Part shown: piece after piece, positions 35,708 to 46,560 of the stretch
Layout: every line of letters starts with the position of its first letter
Numbering within the stretch: the stretch's first letter is position 1
Virus record (IMG/VR): IMGVR_UViG_3300037361_000044
Coordinates: 1 to 64,000 of that record
Source of the DNA: a virus
Taxonomy: Duplodnaviria > Caudoviricetes
Direction: 5' to 3' (one strand)
DNA: 64,000 nucleotides
Program-made: the position numbers and the translations under genes
Notes under the pieces: model-generated
Databases searched by the model: none
Told to the model about the DNA's origin: nothing
The model's input: only the letters and a program-made list of their open reading frames with translations

Positions 35708-36784
35708 TTACTGGTTCAGGAAGTCGGCAGCCACGTCCAACGTCATCTTCTCATCTGCAGAAACCAGCGTCAGCTTCCCTGGTACGAAGTCAGCCTCAGT
35801 ACCACAGCGAGCCAAGCCCATCTTCAGGGCCCCGTCCACCAAGCGGAAGTAGCCCTTGCTGCGCCAGTATGGCATGTGTGTCTTGGTCTGCTTAGTGGAC
35901 ATCGTTCGGTAGTACACGCGTGTCGACGCCTTGGGTGCGCCGGGTGCTGGGGTGGCGAAGCTGATGTCCAAGTGGGCTCCATCTATGGCCCAGTCCGGCG
36001 TAGAGCCAGACATGCCGGCGAGGTGCCTCGCCAGCTTGCTCGACAGGTACATGGCTGCCTGATGTTCTTTCTGCGCCTGCGTCCATTGGGGGAACAACTT
36101 GGAATAGCGCTCATCCAAGAAGTCCTTCCAGTCCTGCCCCACGCCGCTCTTCCATCCGGCTGCTTGCACGCCTATCTGGTCGCCCGTGATGAGCGCATGC
36201 TCGAATACGGGGACGTTGTGGTATGCCAGTTCAAGCATCTTTCCGGATTGTTCTACGGCGCTGGACTCACGCCAGGCGGTGAGAAACTTCCCACCCACTC
36301 GCTCCTCCAGCAGGGCGCAGAGTTTGATGAAGTCCTTGCAGTACTGCTCCATCTCGTACGCGCTGTCGATGGGCTCCAAGAAGGTGCCCGTGACATCCTC
36401 GAGGCGGATACGGAAGCTCATGCCTGGCTCGTAGTACTTGCTCACACGCTCCTGTAGGCACACCAGCTTCTGCACTGCAGAGAATTCAGCCAAGTCTACT
36501 TGACCGCTGTTGCTCTTCTTTGGCCCGGCTGCAGACAGCACAGGAATGGGCACTCCACGTGACATGGCAGTTCGAATGACGCCACGAATAAGAACTTGGC
36601 TCTCAGGTGCAGGGCAACCCGCCAAGCGTATGTTGCGTGTACCCATGAACAACTCTGAAATCTTGTCCACTAGGTTCTCATCGTGCTGGAAGCTGGCGCC
36701 AGGCAGCTCGTTGACGAGAAACCGGTCCACCATGTCGTTGACGAATCGAAGCTCGGCACTCGTGCAGTTGTATGTAGCTTGCAT
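35708..36784 (-). CDS. Dit1/PvcA (isonitrile synthase)-like protein
   Basis: PIPVLSAAGPKKS..VDLAEFSAVQKL..LQERVSKYYEPGMSFRIRLED and late MPYW parallel the family pattern PAFP.KS..PD.AE..AL..L....I...Y.PG....I.SD / TPWH; GAGGAGG RBS. Confidence 0.6.
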   Translation of the reverse strand: MQATYNCTSAELRFVNDMVDRFLVNELPGASFQHDENLVDKISELFMGTRNIRLAGCPAPESQVLIRGVIRTAMSRGVPIPVLSAAGPKKSNSGQVDLAEFSAVQKLVCLQERVSKYYEPGMSFRIRLEDVTGTFLEPIDSAYEMEQYCKDFIKLCALLEERVGGKFLTAWRESSAVEQSGKMLELAYHNVPVFEHALITGDQIGVQAAGWKSGVGQDWKDFLDERYSKLFPQWTQAQKEHQAAMYLSSKLARHLAGMSGSTPDWAIDGAHLDISFATPAPGAPKASTRVYYRTMSTKQTKTHMPYWRSKGYFRLVDGALKMGLARCGTEADFVPGKLTLVSADEKMTLDVAADFLNQ

Positions 36785-36795
36785 GTGTTTCCTCC

Positions 36796-37041
36796 TCAGT
36801 TGACGGTGTAGGGGTCGGGCATTACATTCAAAACGCGCGATACGTCTTCGAAGCCGGTGTCGATTTCCACAGCCAGGTAGTGGCGGACACGGCTGACAGG
36901 CACCTCGGGGGTGAGGTGCACAACCACCCCGTGCTCCAGGTAGGTGTCCTGATCCACGACGCGGGCCATGGTGTCGGGTGCCACTTCAATTACCAGCTGT
37001 GGGTCTTTCGGGTCTTGAAGTCGAATCATTGGGTTTCTCAT
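36796..37041 (-). CDS. Hypothetical protein
   Basis: GAGGG RBS right after the promoter. Confidence 0.65.
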   Translation of the reverse strand: MRNPMIRLQDPKDPQLVIEVAPDTMARVVDQDTYLEHGVVVHLTPEVPVSRVRHYLAVEIDTGFEDVSRVLNVMPDPYTVN

Positions 37042-37063
37042 GGGTCGGGTTCCCTCTATTCCT

Positions 37064-37091
37064 CTTATCCCCGATCTGATGGCGTTCTTGC
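37064..37091 (-). promoter_or_regulatory. Phage promoter GCAA-N16-GGGATAAG
   Basis: Motif copy; one of a divergent pair. Confidence 0.8.
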
Positions 37092-37115
37092 CTCTGGTAG
37101 ACTTGTAGTGGCACC

Positions 37116-37143
37116 TGAAGACCCGCGCGTTTTGTGGCATAAG
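37116..37143 (+). promoter_or_regulatory. Phage promoter TGAA-N16-GGCATAAG
   Basis: Motif variant; ATG 37150 sits exactly 6 nt downstream (leaderless). Confidence 0.7.
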
Positions 37144-37149
37144 GCTTGT

Positions 37150-37449
37150 ATGGGCAGAATCATCGACCCCCGACCACCGCAATGGGAGCGCAAGCAACCC
37201 GTCGATGACGTGCGGGAAGACCGCGTCCTATGCCTTGCGGAATCGCTGTTGCGGGTACTCACGGGGGAGACCGATCCCACTGCTGTACAGCTTGCGGCAC
37301 TGCGGCTGGTGCAGAAGGCGGTCATCGGCAACTACTCGAGCGCGATGGGGCTGGACAACGCCAAGGCTGTGCTTGCACAGGCCACTGAGCTTGCCAGCTG
37401 CTACGCGATCAACATCGCGGACTACGGAGACAAGGAACATGGAAAATAG
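37150..37449 (+). CDS. Hypothetical protein (leaderless)
   Basis: MGRIIDPRPP...; ATG at the predicted +1. Confidence 0.65.
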   Translation: MGRIIDPRPPQWERKQPVDDVREDRVLCLAESLLRVLTGETDPTAVQLAALRLVQKAVIGNYSSAMGLDNAKAVLAQATELASCYAINIADYGDKEHGK

Positions 37450-40400
37450 CGCAGCGGACCTCACCACCATCGCAGTCTTCGATCATCCGAGCACAGTCCC
37501 TTGCTCCATGCCGGGTATGTTGCAGGATGCCTACTCACAGTCGATGGCGGTGGACCTACGTGCGCCGAAGGTACCGGATTTCACGGGTGTCTTTGAAGAA
37601 AGGCACCCGGAGATGAGAAAGAGCGAAGAATGAATCAACGATACAGAGGACTGCTATGCCTACTACTACTTGCGATGTCGGTGGCAGTAAAGATGCTGCG
37701 CGAGTTGCTGATGAGCCTGGACGCTTCTCCTACTCCCGCCTAGTTGCGGCAAGGGACCATGGTCGGCAGCTCCAGGAGAGGGCAGACCGTGCGCGTAAGG
37801 CCGGGGACTACCGTAAAGCCCTTGCCAGGTACAGCGAGCTATTACCTGTGGTTTCCTTCTTGGAGGAGGCAGGGCAAACTGGATTACCACCAGGGATGTC
37901 CATGCAGCTGCTCCAACGTGGGATTGAGCTGGCTGAAGAGCTGGCCGCTGCCCCTTACTTAGGGGAATGACGGGTAGGGCAAAGCCCCACTACACAGACG
38001 TGTTGCTTCCTACTGCCGTGCGCGTTTGGTACCGGCTCCACGCAGATGGCTGCAGAGACTTGCACCAGGTGTCTTGCGCGCATGACAGCGTAGGGGCAGC
38101 ACCTGAGTGGTGGGAAGAGGGAGATCTGGAAACTGCGGTAGCCTTGAACAGGCTGACCTGCCGCGTGAAGGTGGGCGGGTTCGAGGTGCATCACCCTTGG
38201 TTGCGCTGGGCGCTGCGCAACGGCATAGCACCTGGGCAGGCTTTCTTAGTGGGTATACCGGAGCCTATCTACAGCGGCGACGGGGAGGACTACGATGAGG
38301 AATGGGAGTACGTAGTGCTTGAGCGGGCTCCCTCAAACAGCGCAGCGATACAGCGTAGGTGGGAAGTGTTCTCTCATCGACTGGCCATGCATCGAGCACT
38401 GGCGGCGGCCTCCTACTTCAGGGGCATTCATCTGGTTCAAGCGGACACTGGGGCCATGTACTTGAGACACACGAACTATCGGCCTTCCTCCGACACCTAC
38501 GGTTTCCCACGTGGTGTACTTCTCAGTCTGTGTACGAGTAGACGAGAGCACATCGATTACTTGGGCTATGCGGTGTCGGACGGCTATCAGCTGGCTTCAG
38601 GCAGGGATGATAGGGGCGGCACAGACACAGCGATGGCTCGGTTGATTGAGGTGGCTTGCGAGCGCTACCCAGCACTGAGCCCACAAGTGATCCAAAGCAT
38701 GAGGGTAAGACATTGAACGCATCGAATGCAGCTCGTGTACGCGTGCTACAGGCGGCCATCGCTTGGTGGAAGGGGTTTCGGCCTCTTTCTTGGTCAGAGG
38801 CAGACCACCTGTGCAACCCAGCCATCAACCAGCTAAGTCCGTTGGGTACGGACAAGACCTTGGCGCGTGCCGTGGCCCGCCTGGTCAAAGAAACGGCACA
38901 GCTGGACGACGCCACGCCACTAATACAAGACCTCTACGATCTGGCACAGGGCAAGAAGATCGACCGCTTCTCTGTGCTACGTCGAGCCGAGGCCTTTCTC
39001 GGCAAACGGGAGGTGCAGGATGACCCGAGGCCTGTTGCACGTGAACGCAGAGGAGCCCTCGGACGTATCACTGGCCTTGCTGGTAGAGGATGAGATAGTA
39101 GAGCTTCAGCTACTACAATCCTTTGCTGCGGACCTGGCGCTGCACGAGAAGCTGAGCCCACATGACGCCTTGATAGAAACCGTGAGGTTTGTGAATGACT
39201 TTGAAAAGAAGGCTAAGGCAGAAACGTAAACGCGCACTACGTAAACTGCGCAAGCGCAGAGCGCTAGTGCAGCGGGAACAGCACCTAGCTCGAGAGACAA
39301 GGATCGCCAGCAGCATGGAGCAGCAGTTGATGGCTGTTCTAGTCATGAAGGCGCAAGCTGCGGCTGCTGAGAAGTTCCGGCAGTCCATGGCGGGTAGGTC
39401 CGTAACGGGCAGATCTATGGGTAAGTCCATGAACTTCGGGCTGCACCTACCGGCAAACAGTCCTTTGGGTACCGAGGAGGCTGAGGAGCTGCTTGCTACA
39501 TGGCTAGGTGCGTTCCCGGAATTAGGTGGGTATCTAAAGGACCCTGCCGCAGCCACCGTAAAGTACGGGCAGGCGGATTGGTCTGCGCTGGAGACTCGCG
39601 TCTTGGATTACGCCAAAAGGGATGCTGCGAGCACGGAAAGGTTGTACAAGCAGACCAATGAAGAGCTGCAAGGCAAAGGCGGGAAAGCACAAGAAGCAGG
39701 GAGACCGTCCTTGTCGGCAGCCATGGCGTGGGCGTACAGCGATATGGCAGGCAAGGAAGTGCGAGCAGGAGATTAGCGAGTACATTCAACGCAAGAACAG
39801 ACCGGCTGCTCCAGCCTTTGAAAAGCTGGCCTTGGCGATGGCCGAGGCGCGTATGGTGCAAGAAATACAACAGACAGAGGATGCGGAATTCCTCAATACT
39901 CTCGCACAGGACTTAGCCAATGTCGTACTTGAATAGCCCAAAAGACCCAATACGCGACGTGCTCAAGGCTATGACAGGAAAAGCTCCACCAGCCTTCGTG
40001 CGCGGCTACACCTGTCACAACCTGCCAGACACCAAGTGGGATGCGTTGCAAAGCTGGGCTGTGAACAATTGCAAACCGTCCTACTTGACGGGCATAGGCC
40101 TTATTGAGGCTGCGCACCAGCAGGTGGATGAGGCTGTCAGTAACGGCAACATCCCGCCACCCGGCTACCCCTGCGGGAACCGCGTGGACTTTGTACTGAA
40201 GCTATTCAGGGCGTTGTCGAAACGGCACGGGGACCTGCTGGTGGAGCTGCGACAGGCCACTATAGAGTTGGCGTACAAGCAGAAGGAGGCAGCAGCCTGT
40301 CCGGTGGAAACCCATACCCGCACCAGGGGTTCGAAAAAGAAGTGGAGGATGCGCGTGTCCTCAACAAGGTCATGAAGGAGCCGCTCGATGAACGAACCGA

Positions 40401-41913
40401 GAGTGAAGAATGTCGACCTGTTCTTGATGTGCCTATCCGAGGCAGCAAGTAACAAAGAGCTCCTGGCTGAGTTCGATAGACTCACTGGCTACAACATATC
40501 GCTCAGTGGCCCTGCCATCGTACAGGAGATCGATAAAGCCACTGGGCAACTCGAGGCAGGGGCCAAGGTGTTCTACGAGTTCGTAATGGAAAAGATCTAC
40601 TTGCCCGTGCAGGCGAAGATGGACGAAAGCGAAAAGAAGCAATGAAAGAGACCTTCTACGTGACCACGTTCTGCAACCACGCGCACCGGTTGGAAGACGG
40701 CAAGCCCATAGGCCACGAGTGCTATGTATTGCCCACTGCTGCCCTTCACGCTGAGAGGGATGGGAAGCTAGGCCTGGCTGTGGAGCTGCTCGGCAAGTGG
40801 AAGAGGCGGCGAGTACATCGTGGTCTGAAGAGTTGTGCACCCACCTGAGTACACGCCCTACAGCCGCCAGTTGATCTCGCATGAGCTGGCAGAGCTGCAG
40901 GAAGCCGAGGCAATGGAGCAGGACTTCGTGGACTATATGGAGCGCAAACGGCGCCCTAAAGTCACTGACCCTTTTGTCGGGCAGCTGTGGCGGCCACAGC
41001 CCATGATCATGAGCCAACACGACTACGATGACATCGTGGCGTGGGGTGAATCAATAGAGAAAGAGGAAGCGAGGAAAGAGAAAATGCGCATAGGGAAGTT
41101 CCTTATCATGCAGCAGCCAGTAGTTGGCACTGCACGACCCGTGGGCTCGAACCCGGATGAAACACGCACTTTGCAGCCGTTTGGGTCACGTGCTGCCAGA
41201 AGACTTGACGCAAAGATGCTTCGAGCGAAGGCAAAAAAGGGGAAATGTCGATGAACAGAGAAGAAGCCATAGTTTGGATGCTTCGGCATCCTAAAGAGAT
41301 TCTGCGCGGGGAATACAGGCGTGTCGACGGTAAGCGCCGCCTGGACTACTGGATGTTCTTCAATGGTCACATCGTGACAAGCCATACAGACGCCGGGGTC
41401 TACAAGGCAAGCGATGCCTGGCTTCGCCGAGAGCTTGTCAGCTTTTCCGTGCACCACGTGACGTTGACCGAGTGGGCTGGGGCTGCATGCACGGTCACAG
41501 ACTGCATAGGACCGTTCCTTCGTCTACCAAGGGACTTCATTGGTAGACGGGTACGCGTGGCTGCCACCCCAGTGACCGTCATGTCTGGCAAAGACGCCAT
41601 GATTTGGATGCTCAAGCATACTGGCTGGATGGTGCGCTCAATGAGTCAAGCACATGGCAAGTCCAACTACGATGAGTACTTCTTCAGCAACAAGCATCAA
41701 GGCTTTAGAGGGAGGAACGGGGGCAGGGCCCGCAGCTACGCAGTGGACGCCGCCTCTCTGATGACCCAGGGCTTCACCGTCAGTGACACTTGGAAGGATG
41801 TGCTTACTACAACGTCGGACGCGTCCGGGCCGTACGTGCGGCTACCTGCGTACTACGAAGAGCAGGAGATGAGGGTACACGTGACCCTCGTGCAGGGACA
41901 AGAGGCAGCATGA
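37439..41913 (+). other. Run of small tiled hypothetical genes (37439-37633, 37656-37970, 37967-38716, ~38713-39093, 39020-39229, 39195-39776, ~39703-39936, 39920-40375, 40388-40645, 40642-40848, 40835-41254, 41245-41913)
   Basis: Co-directional ORFs with RBSs and stop/start overlaps; no recognisable full-length family. Confidence 0.6.
39195..39776 (+). CDS. Small protein carrying shuffled family A DNA polymerase motif fragments
   Basis: VTGRS, GKSMNFG, EAEELLATWLGAFPELGGYL, ADWSALETRVL, YAKRDAASTERLY. Confidence 0.6.
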   Translation: MTLKRRLRQKRKRALRKLRKRRALVQREQHLARETRIASSMEQQLMAVLVMKAQAAAAEKFRQSMAGRSVTGRSMGKSMNFGLHLPANSPLGTEEAEELLATWLGAFPELGGYLKDPAAATVKYGQADWSALETRVLDYAKRDAASTERLYKQTNEELQGKGGKAQEAGRPSLSAAMAWAYSDMAGKEVRAGD

Positions 41914-42926
41914 TAACCAGCATAAAAGTCGGGATGCACGTACGTGTGGTGATACGGGGCACGTACCGTGAGCAGGATTGGCACCACGCTGCGGTGGACG
42001 CGCTGCACGGCGTCACAGGTACTGTTTCGGTGATAGAGCCGGACAAGCTCATGTGTCTGGTGTCCTTCGACGCGCCCGTGGAGAAGTGGGCCATGCGCAG
42101 TTCTGATCCAGACCCCGAGGCAAACCAGCTCACCTGCTTCCATTTTCACTTTGGAGAGCTCGAAGAGCTTCTCGAGAAGCGCGGGGCAATTACGTGCCGT
42201 ACGGATGCAAGCAAGCCCAACAACAGCAATGCCGGTGAACTGCATGCCGTGGAGTTCTCGGACAGGTTACCGGGTAGCGTGGACCTGCTGTACCGGGAGG
42301 TGGCTGCTGGACCTCCTGCGGGGTTCTGCGTGGAAAAAGCACCACACGCAACGTGTCCTGCGTGCGAAATGGAGGCGGAGCTCGGCACAGAAGATGTCCC
42401 ACATCCGATAGACCCGCGGGTTCACAGCTGCGCATTGGACAAGCAGGGCACTACTAGGTACGTAGCTGGCTTCTTCTTCGACCCCACCTTCAGGTACGTG
42501 GCCTTGGTGCTGAAGAAGCGGCCTGACTGGCAGGCTGGCAAATGGAACGCTGTTGGCGGACATGTGGAGGATGGTGAACCGGCAGGCGCAGCCATGGCCA
42601 GGGAGTTCCATGAGGAGGCAGGCATCCTTCACTATCGTTGGCGGCACTTTGCCACCGTAGTGGCAGCTGGTGCTGAATCTCAGCTGGATGCCTACTTTGC
42701 TGTTGGCGCAGAAGATGAGTACATCCGCGTCAAGACCGACGAGCAAGTGGATTGGGTGTCAATAGAAGGTGTACGCGATGGTGAATGGCCCGTGGTTACC
42801 AACACGAGATGGCTGCTGGAGCTGGCTCTATCGATCTGTCGGGGCGTAGACCCCTGCCAGTCCTACCTTATTCAAGAGGAGACAAAAAGAGATGTCGAAA
42901 GCACACCTGTCACGCAGCCACAATGA
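41910..42926 (+). CDS. Nudix hydrolase with N-terminal SH3-like extension
   Basis: GGHVEDGEPAGAAMAREFHEEAGI fits GX5EX7REUXEEXGU; KRPDWQAGKWN. Confidence 0.88.
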   Translation: MITSIKVGMHVRVVIRGTYREQDWHHAAVDALHGVTGTVSVIEPDKLMCLVSFDAPVEKWAMRSSDPDPEANQLTCFHFHFGELEELLEKRGAITCRTDASKPNNSNAGELHAVEFSDRLPGSVDLLYREVAAGPPAGFCVEKAPHATCPACEMEAELGTEDVPHPIDPRVHSCALDKQGTTRYVAGFFFDPTFRYVALVLKKRPDWQAGKWNAVGGHVEDGEPAGAAMAREFHEEAGILHYRWRHFATVVAAGAESQLDAYFAVGAEDEYIRVKTDEQVDWVSIEGVRDGEWPVVTNTRWLLELALSICRGVDPCQSYLIQEETKRDVESTPVTQPQ

Positions 42927-45900
42927 GAAGGTGACGCTGGCCCTGGACATCTGTGAGTTTCTCAACGAGCTGGTGAACTTGGACCGCAATGCTGTGCAGC
43001 AGCTCGTGGCCCAGCGCGTCCCTTGTAACGAGGGGATAGTGAACCATCCCACCGCGCAGGTGCCTATGGACGAGGAGTTGTCGCCTTGTATTGGGCTGCT
43101 GGGAGTCCTCAACGGCCTGGTCGGTGGGGGCTACATCGTGGCCGTGTACGACAATGACAACGGTCAGTTGCAGTACTTCTTGGCCCGGCTGGGCAATGAG
43201 GAAAAATAGACGATGCCAAAAGGGCGGAGGCAGAAAGCTAAGCACTGGAAGAACTTCGCCGACAAGCGTAAGTTTGCATTCTTTGCCCGTACCAAAGAGG
43301 CACGGGACCTATCAACGCAGGAGAAACCAGATGACGACCAAGATAAGCTTCGAACCGTGGACGACAGAGATCCCTGACAGCAAGCTGGTGGAGGACCCTG
43401 AGGCCACCATCTACGAACAAGACCCTCGTGTGATTACCAACCACCAACCTGGGCAGTTGCCGGTGCCACCCAATCCCCCACCGCCGGTGGGCTGGGTGTA
43501 CTGGAAGAACCAGCCAGTATCGCACGCAGCAGCGTCATTGGCCAACAGCATGCTGCACGATCCAGGCATGTACCCCATGGGCACCTTCGTACGTATCTCA
43601 GTTGGCGGTGAAATCATTGGCGCGCGTGTGGAGTGGCATGACTTCCAAGGGGCGACTGGGAAGAGGGGCTGCTTCCGTGGTGTGAACCTGCTGAAGAAGG
43701 TGCCTGATGGCGTGTGACCACTGCAAGACCGCTGAGCGTGAATGCGATTGCGGTGAAGGTCCTTGTCCTGACTGCTACGTCTCCATCTTCGGGGAGGAAG
43801 GACCTACCCCGGAGCAGCGGGCAGAGATCGAAGCCATCAACAAGGATGTGGATGAGTTCCTGGACGCCAACCCAGGGATTGAGCTGCTGCTGAACCAGCC
43901 TGGCGTGTATGTCAGCAGCCACATCATGGAGAGCGTACCTGGCATCCTGGAGGTCACACCTATGCAGTACAGCTTCGAGTCCCCAGTTGAGCACTGGAGC
44001 TCGAGCACACCGAACGTGCAGAACGTGCAGAACGTGCAGAACCCCCAAGGAACACCCACTGGTGAGTCTGAGCTGGTTATGGCCGACGTCTACGGCTCTG
44101 ACGTGCGCCTGCTGCGCAACTGGGACAAGTCCGTGAAAGCAGACGCATCACCATTTGCCGGTCTTGACCTGCCACTACATGACCGCCTCATCCTGCTGAT
44201 ACCCAACCTAGGTGCGTACCCGTCAAGTCCCGCGTTCAAGGAGGCAGTGGAGAGAGAAGCAGGGCCCTGCGATATCAAAGTCATCGGCACTGTTGTGCAG
44301 ATCACACGGCTCACGCCTAATCCAGACGGTACGCACCTGGAGATGCAGATCGAGTATTAGGGAGACTGCAGATGGAACATTTCGCACAGAATGCGCTGAA
44401 TCACCTCAAGAAGCATCCAGCAGACACATTGGATGGCCGCTCGCTAACCATCCTCGGCGAGGAGCTGCAGAAGGGCATCAAAGAGAACTTGTGGATCATA
44501 GGGGTGCTTGAGGAGCACGCTCCCGACCTTGATGTTCTGCAGGAATTCAAAGACGAGCTGAAAGCCATGGCCGAAGCCAAAGACAACATCGACCTGAACT
44601 TGAAGAGGAGAGCTTCTGAGTATGAAAAGAACAGCAGCACAACGCCGGAAGGATAAGGCTCGCAACAAGATACGTCGCCAGCACTATGTAGTGTTGAGTC
44701 CACCACGTGGTCAGCCCAAGTACCAAGCGATACTCGATGACGCGGCGCACTTTGGCCCAGCTGGCTTTCTGAAGGTGGCTGGCTTGGTGCCTTCGGCCAC
44801 TGGCCGCATACCAATGCACAAGAGCTTGGACGAGTACTTCGAAGACATGGATAAGGAGCTGTCCAAGTTGCCTGAGTGTGAGCGCACTAAGGAGAACCAA
44901 GCTGTGCTCCTTGCAAACATAATTCGGGATGGTCTTGGCTTGCCGCCAGTACCGCTGCATAGGGAAAAGCCAGGTGGGTAAGTACATGAAGTCCAGCCCG
45001 CCTGCAGATCCTGGGACAATACGGATATCGTTCCAAATCCCGGAGGACCAGTGGGCTGAGTTCGAGAAGCTTACGGTCAAGCAGGCTGTCGCACCTTCAA
45101 GTTCGTACCTAGATACCAGCAGAACTACGATTGGGAGGACTGCAAAGCCACCGGCTACTACTCAGGCAACCCAGTATGGCTGAGTACTTGGCTCATGATC
45201 ATCACGGACAACACGCTACACGTGCTCATCAACGGCGTCATTCTGTACTACATCAAGTAAGCCATGAACCCATTCGTAAGACCCAGCAAGAAAGCCCCAG
45301 GCAGGCCACGCAGTGTAGTGGGTGCCTCAACTCCCGATGCTCAACGCGCGGTGCATCCAGCAACTAGGGAGCAGGATGCGAGGAACCTCGACAAAGTACA
45401 GCAGGCTAGGGCTTTGAAGCCACCAACCCGAAAGGTGTCCCCAAGATGAGTAGTAAAGCCGACCTGGTTGTGCTGCCGGGTCTTGTACTACCGTGGCGCG
45501 TAGCCAAGGGGTACTGGCAGCTGATAAGGAATGGGGTGTCTGTGAGTGTGCATCCGTACACCAGCTCATTCTCTGTGCAGCTTGCGCCCAACTGGCGTGA
45601 GGCAAAGAAGAGCGGCCGTTACACGTGCACACAGCATGCCGTAGATGGGTTGTTCGAATACTTGGTGGATAGCTGGCTGCTGGACGTGGTCATGGCTGAC
45701 GAGATAGATGGAACACAAGATGGACGAAAAAAAACACGAAGCATGATAGGCGATTACATCAAGAGCCTCCCTGAACCCAGTGAAGGCATGAAGCGCATGG
45801 CTGGAGTAGGCGCCGAGCACATACGTGGCAGGCTTGGGCTACCTCCAAAGAATGCGAGGTACGTGTTGGTACGCTTCTTCAAGCCCTTCATCCAGGCTAA

Positions 45901-46560
45901 GTGGTTTGGCATGGGCGGCAGGGAGGTAGGAGTAGCCTACTTTGGGGACCTTGAAGAGAAGTGGACTGTTGCCCTTTACGACATCCCTACGACAGTTGAC
46001 CCAGCTGCCGTTCTGCTGTTGCGCTTTGAACCACTGCAAGATGGGCCAGCCTTCAATGCTGGTCGCTGCTTCACGTGGACTGTGGGCATCGAAGACGTGG
46101 CAATTTGTCAGGTGCTATCGACGCGGGTGATGGAGGTGTTCAAAGCCTCTGACCCGTTCACCAGCAAGCGCATCGTTGGCTTCTCCAAGCTGGCGCCACA
46201 GGAGCCGTTGCCGCCCAGCGTAGGAGAAGTGGCGGTCAAGGTACTTGGAGAAGCCTTGGCACCAGTGCCTGAGTATCAGACTGACGCCTGGGGTGATGCA
46301 CTCGCAGCGCAGAGTACATGAAGCACGGCGTCATCCTCATCTCTGTACGTGAGCCTGGACCTAAGGATGACCCCAAGAACCCGTACCGTACAGGCGGGTG
46401 GGTTGTGGTCAAGGATGAAGCCATCTCAAGGTTGGTACAACCACAAGAACTAGCCGATGACATCCTGAGGAAGCGCGCGGCATTCGTGCCCGATGACGCC
46501 TGGGACATGCTTGGCTTGCCGCGAGAGCAGAAGAAAGAAGAGAATGATGCCAACAGTTGA
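42892..46560 (+). other. Run of hypothetical genes (42892-43209, 43331-43717, 43707-44360, 44372-44656, 44622-44981, 44986-45183, 45264-45449, 45446-46321, 46318-46560)
   Basis: Tiled co-directional ORFs with RBSs. Confidence 0.6.
44012..44042 (+). repeat. 9 bp tandem repeat (GAACGTGCA)x3.4 encoding NVQNVQNVQN
   Basis: Read directly from the sequence. Confidence 0.9.

Noticed and set aside
39195-39776. Functional or split DNA polymerase I gene
   Set aside because: Motifs are out of order, motif C is not seen, and neighbouring ORFs do not supply the missing domains.
44012-44042. Tandem repeat as a phase-variation switch
   Set aside because: The 9 bp unit preserves frame; at most a length polymorphism.
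44645-44662. AAGGATAAG as another promoter copy (also 51253 and 53788)
   Set aside because: Inside coding sequence and does not match the GG(G/C)ATAAG octamer.
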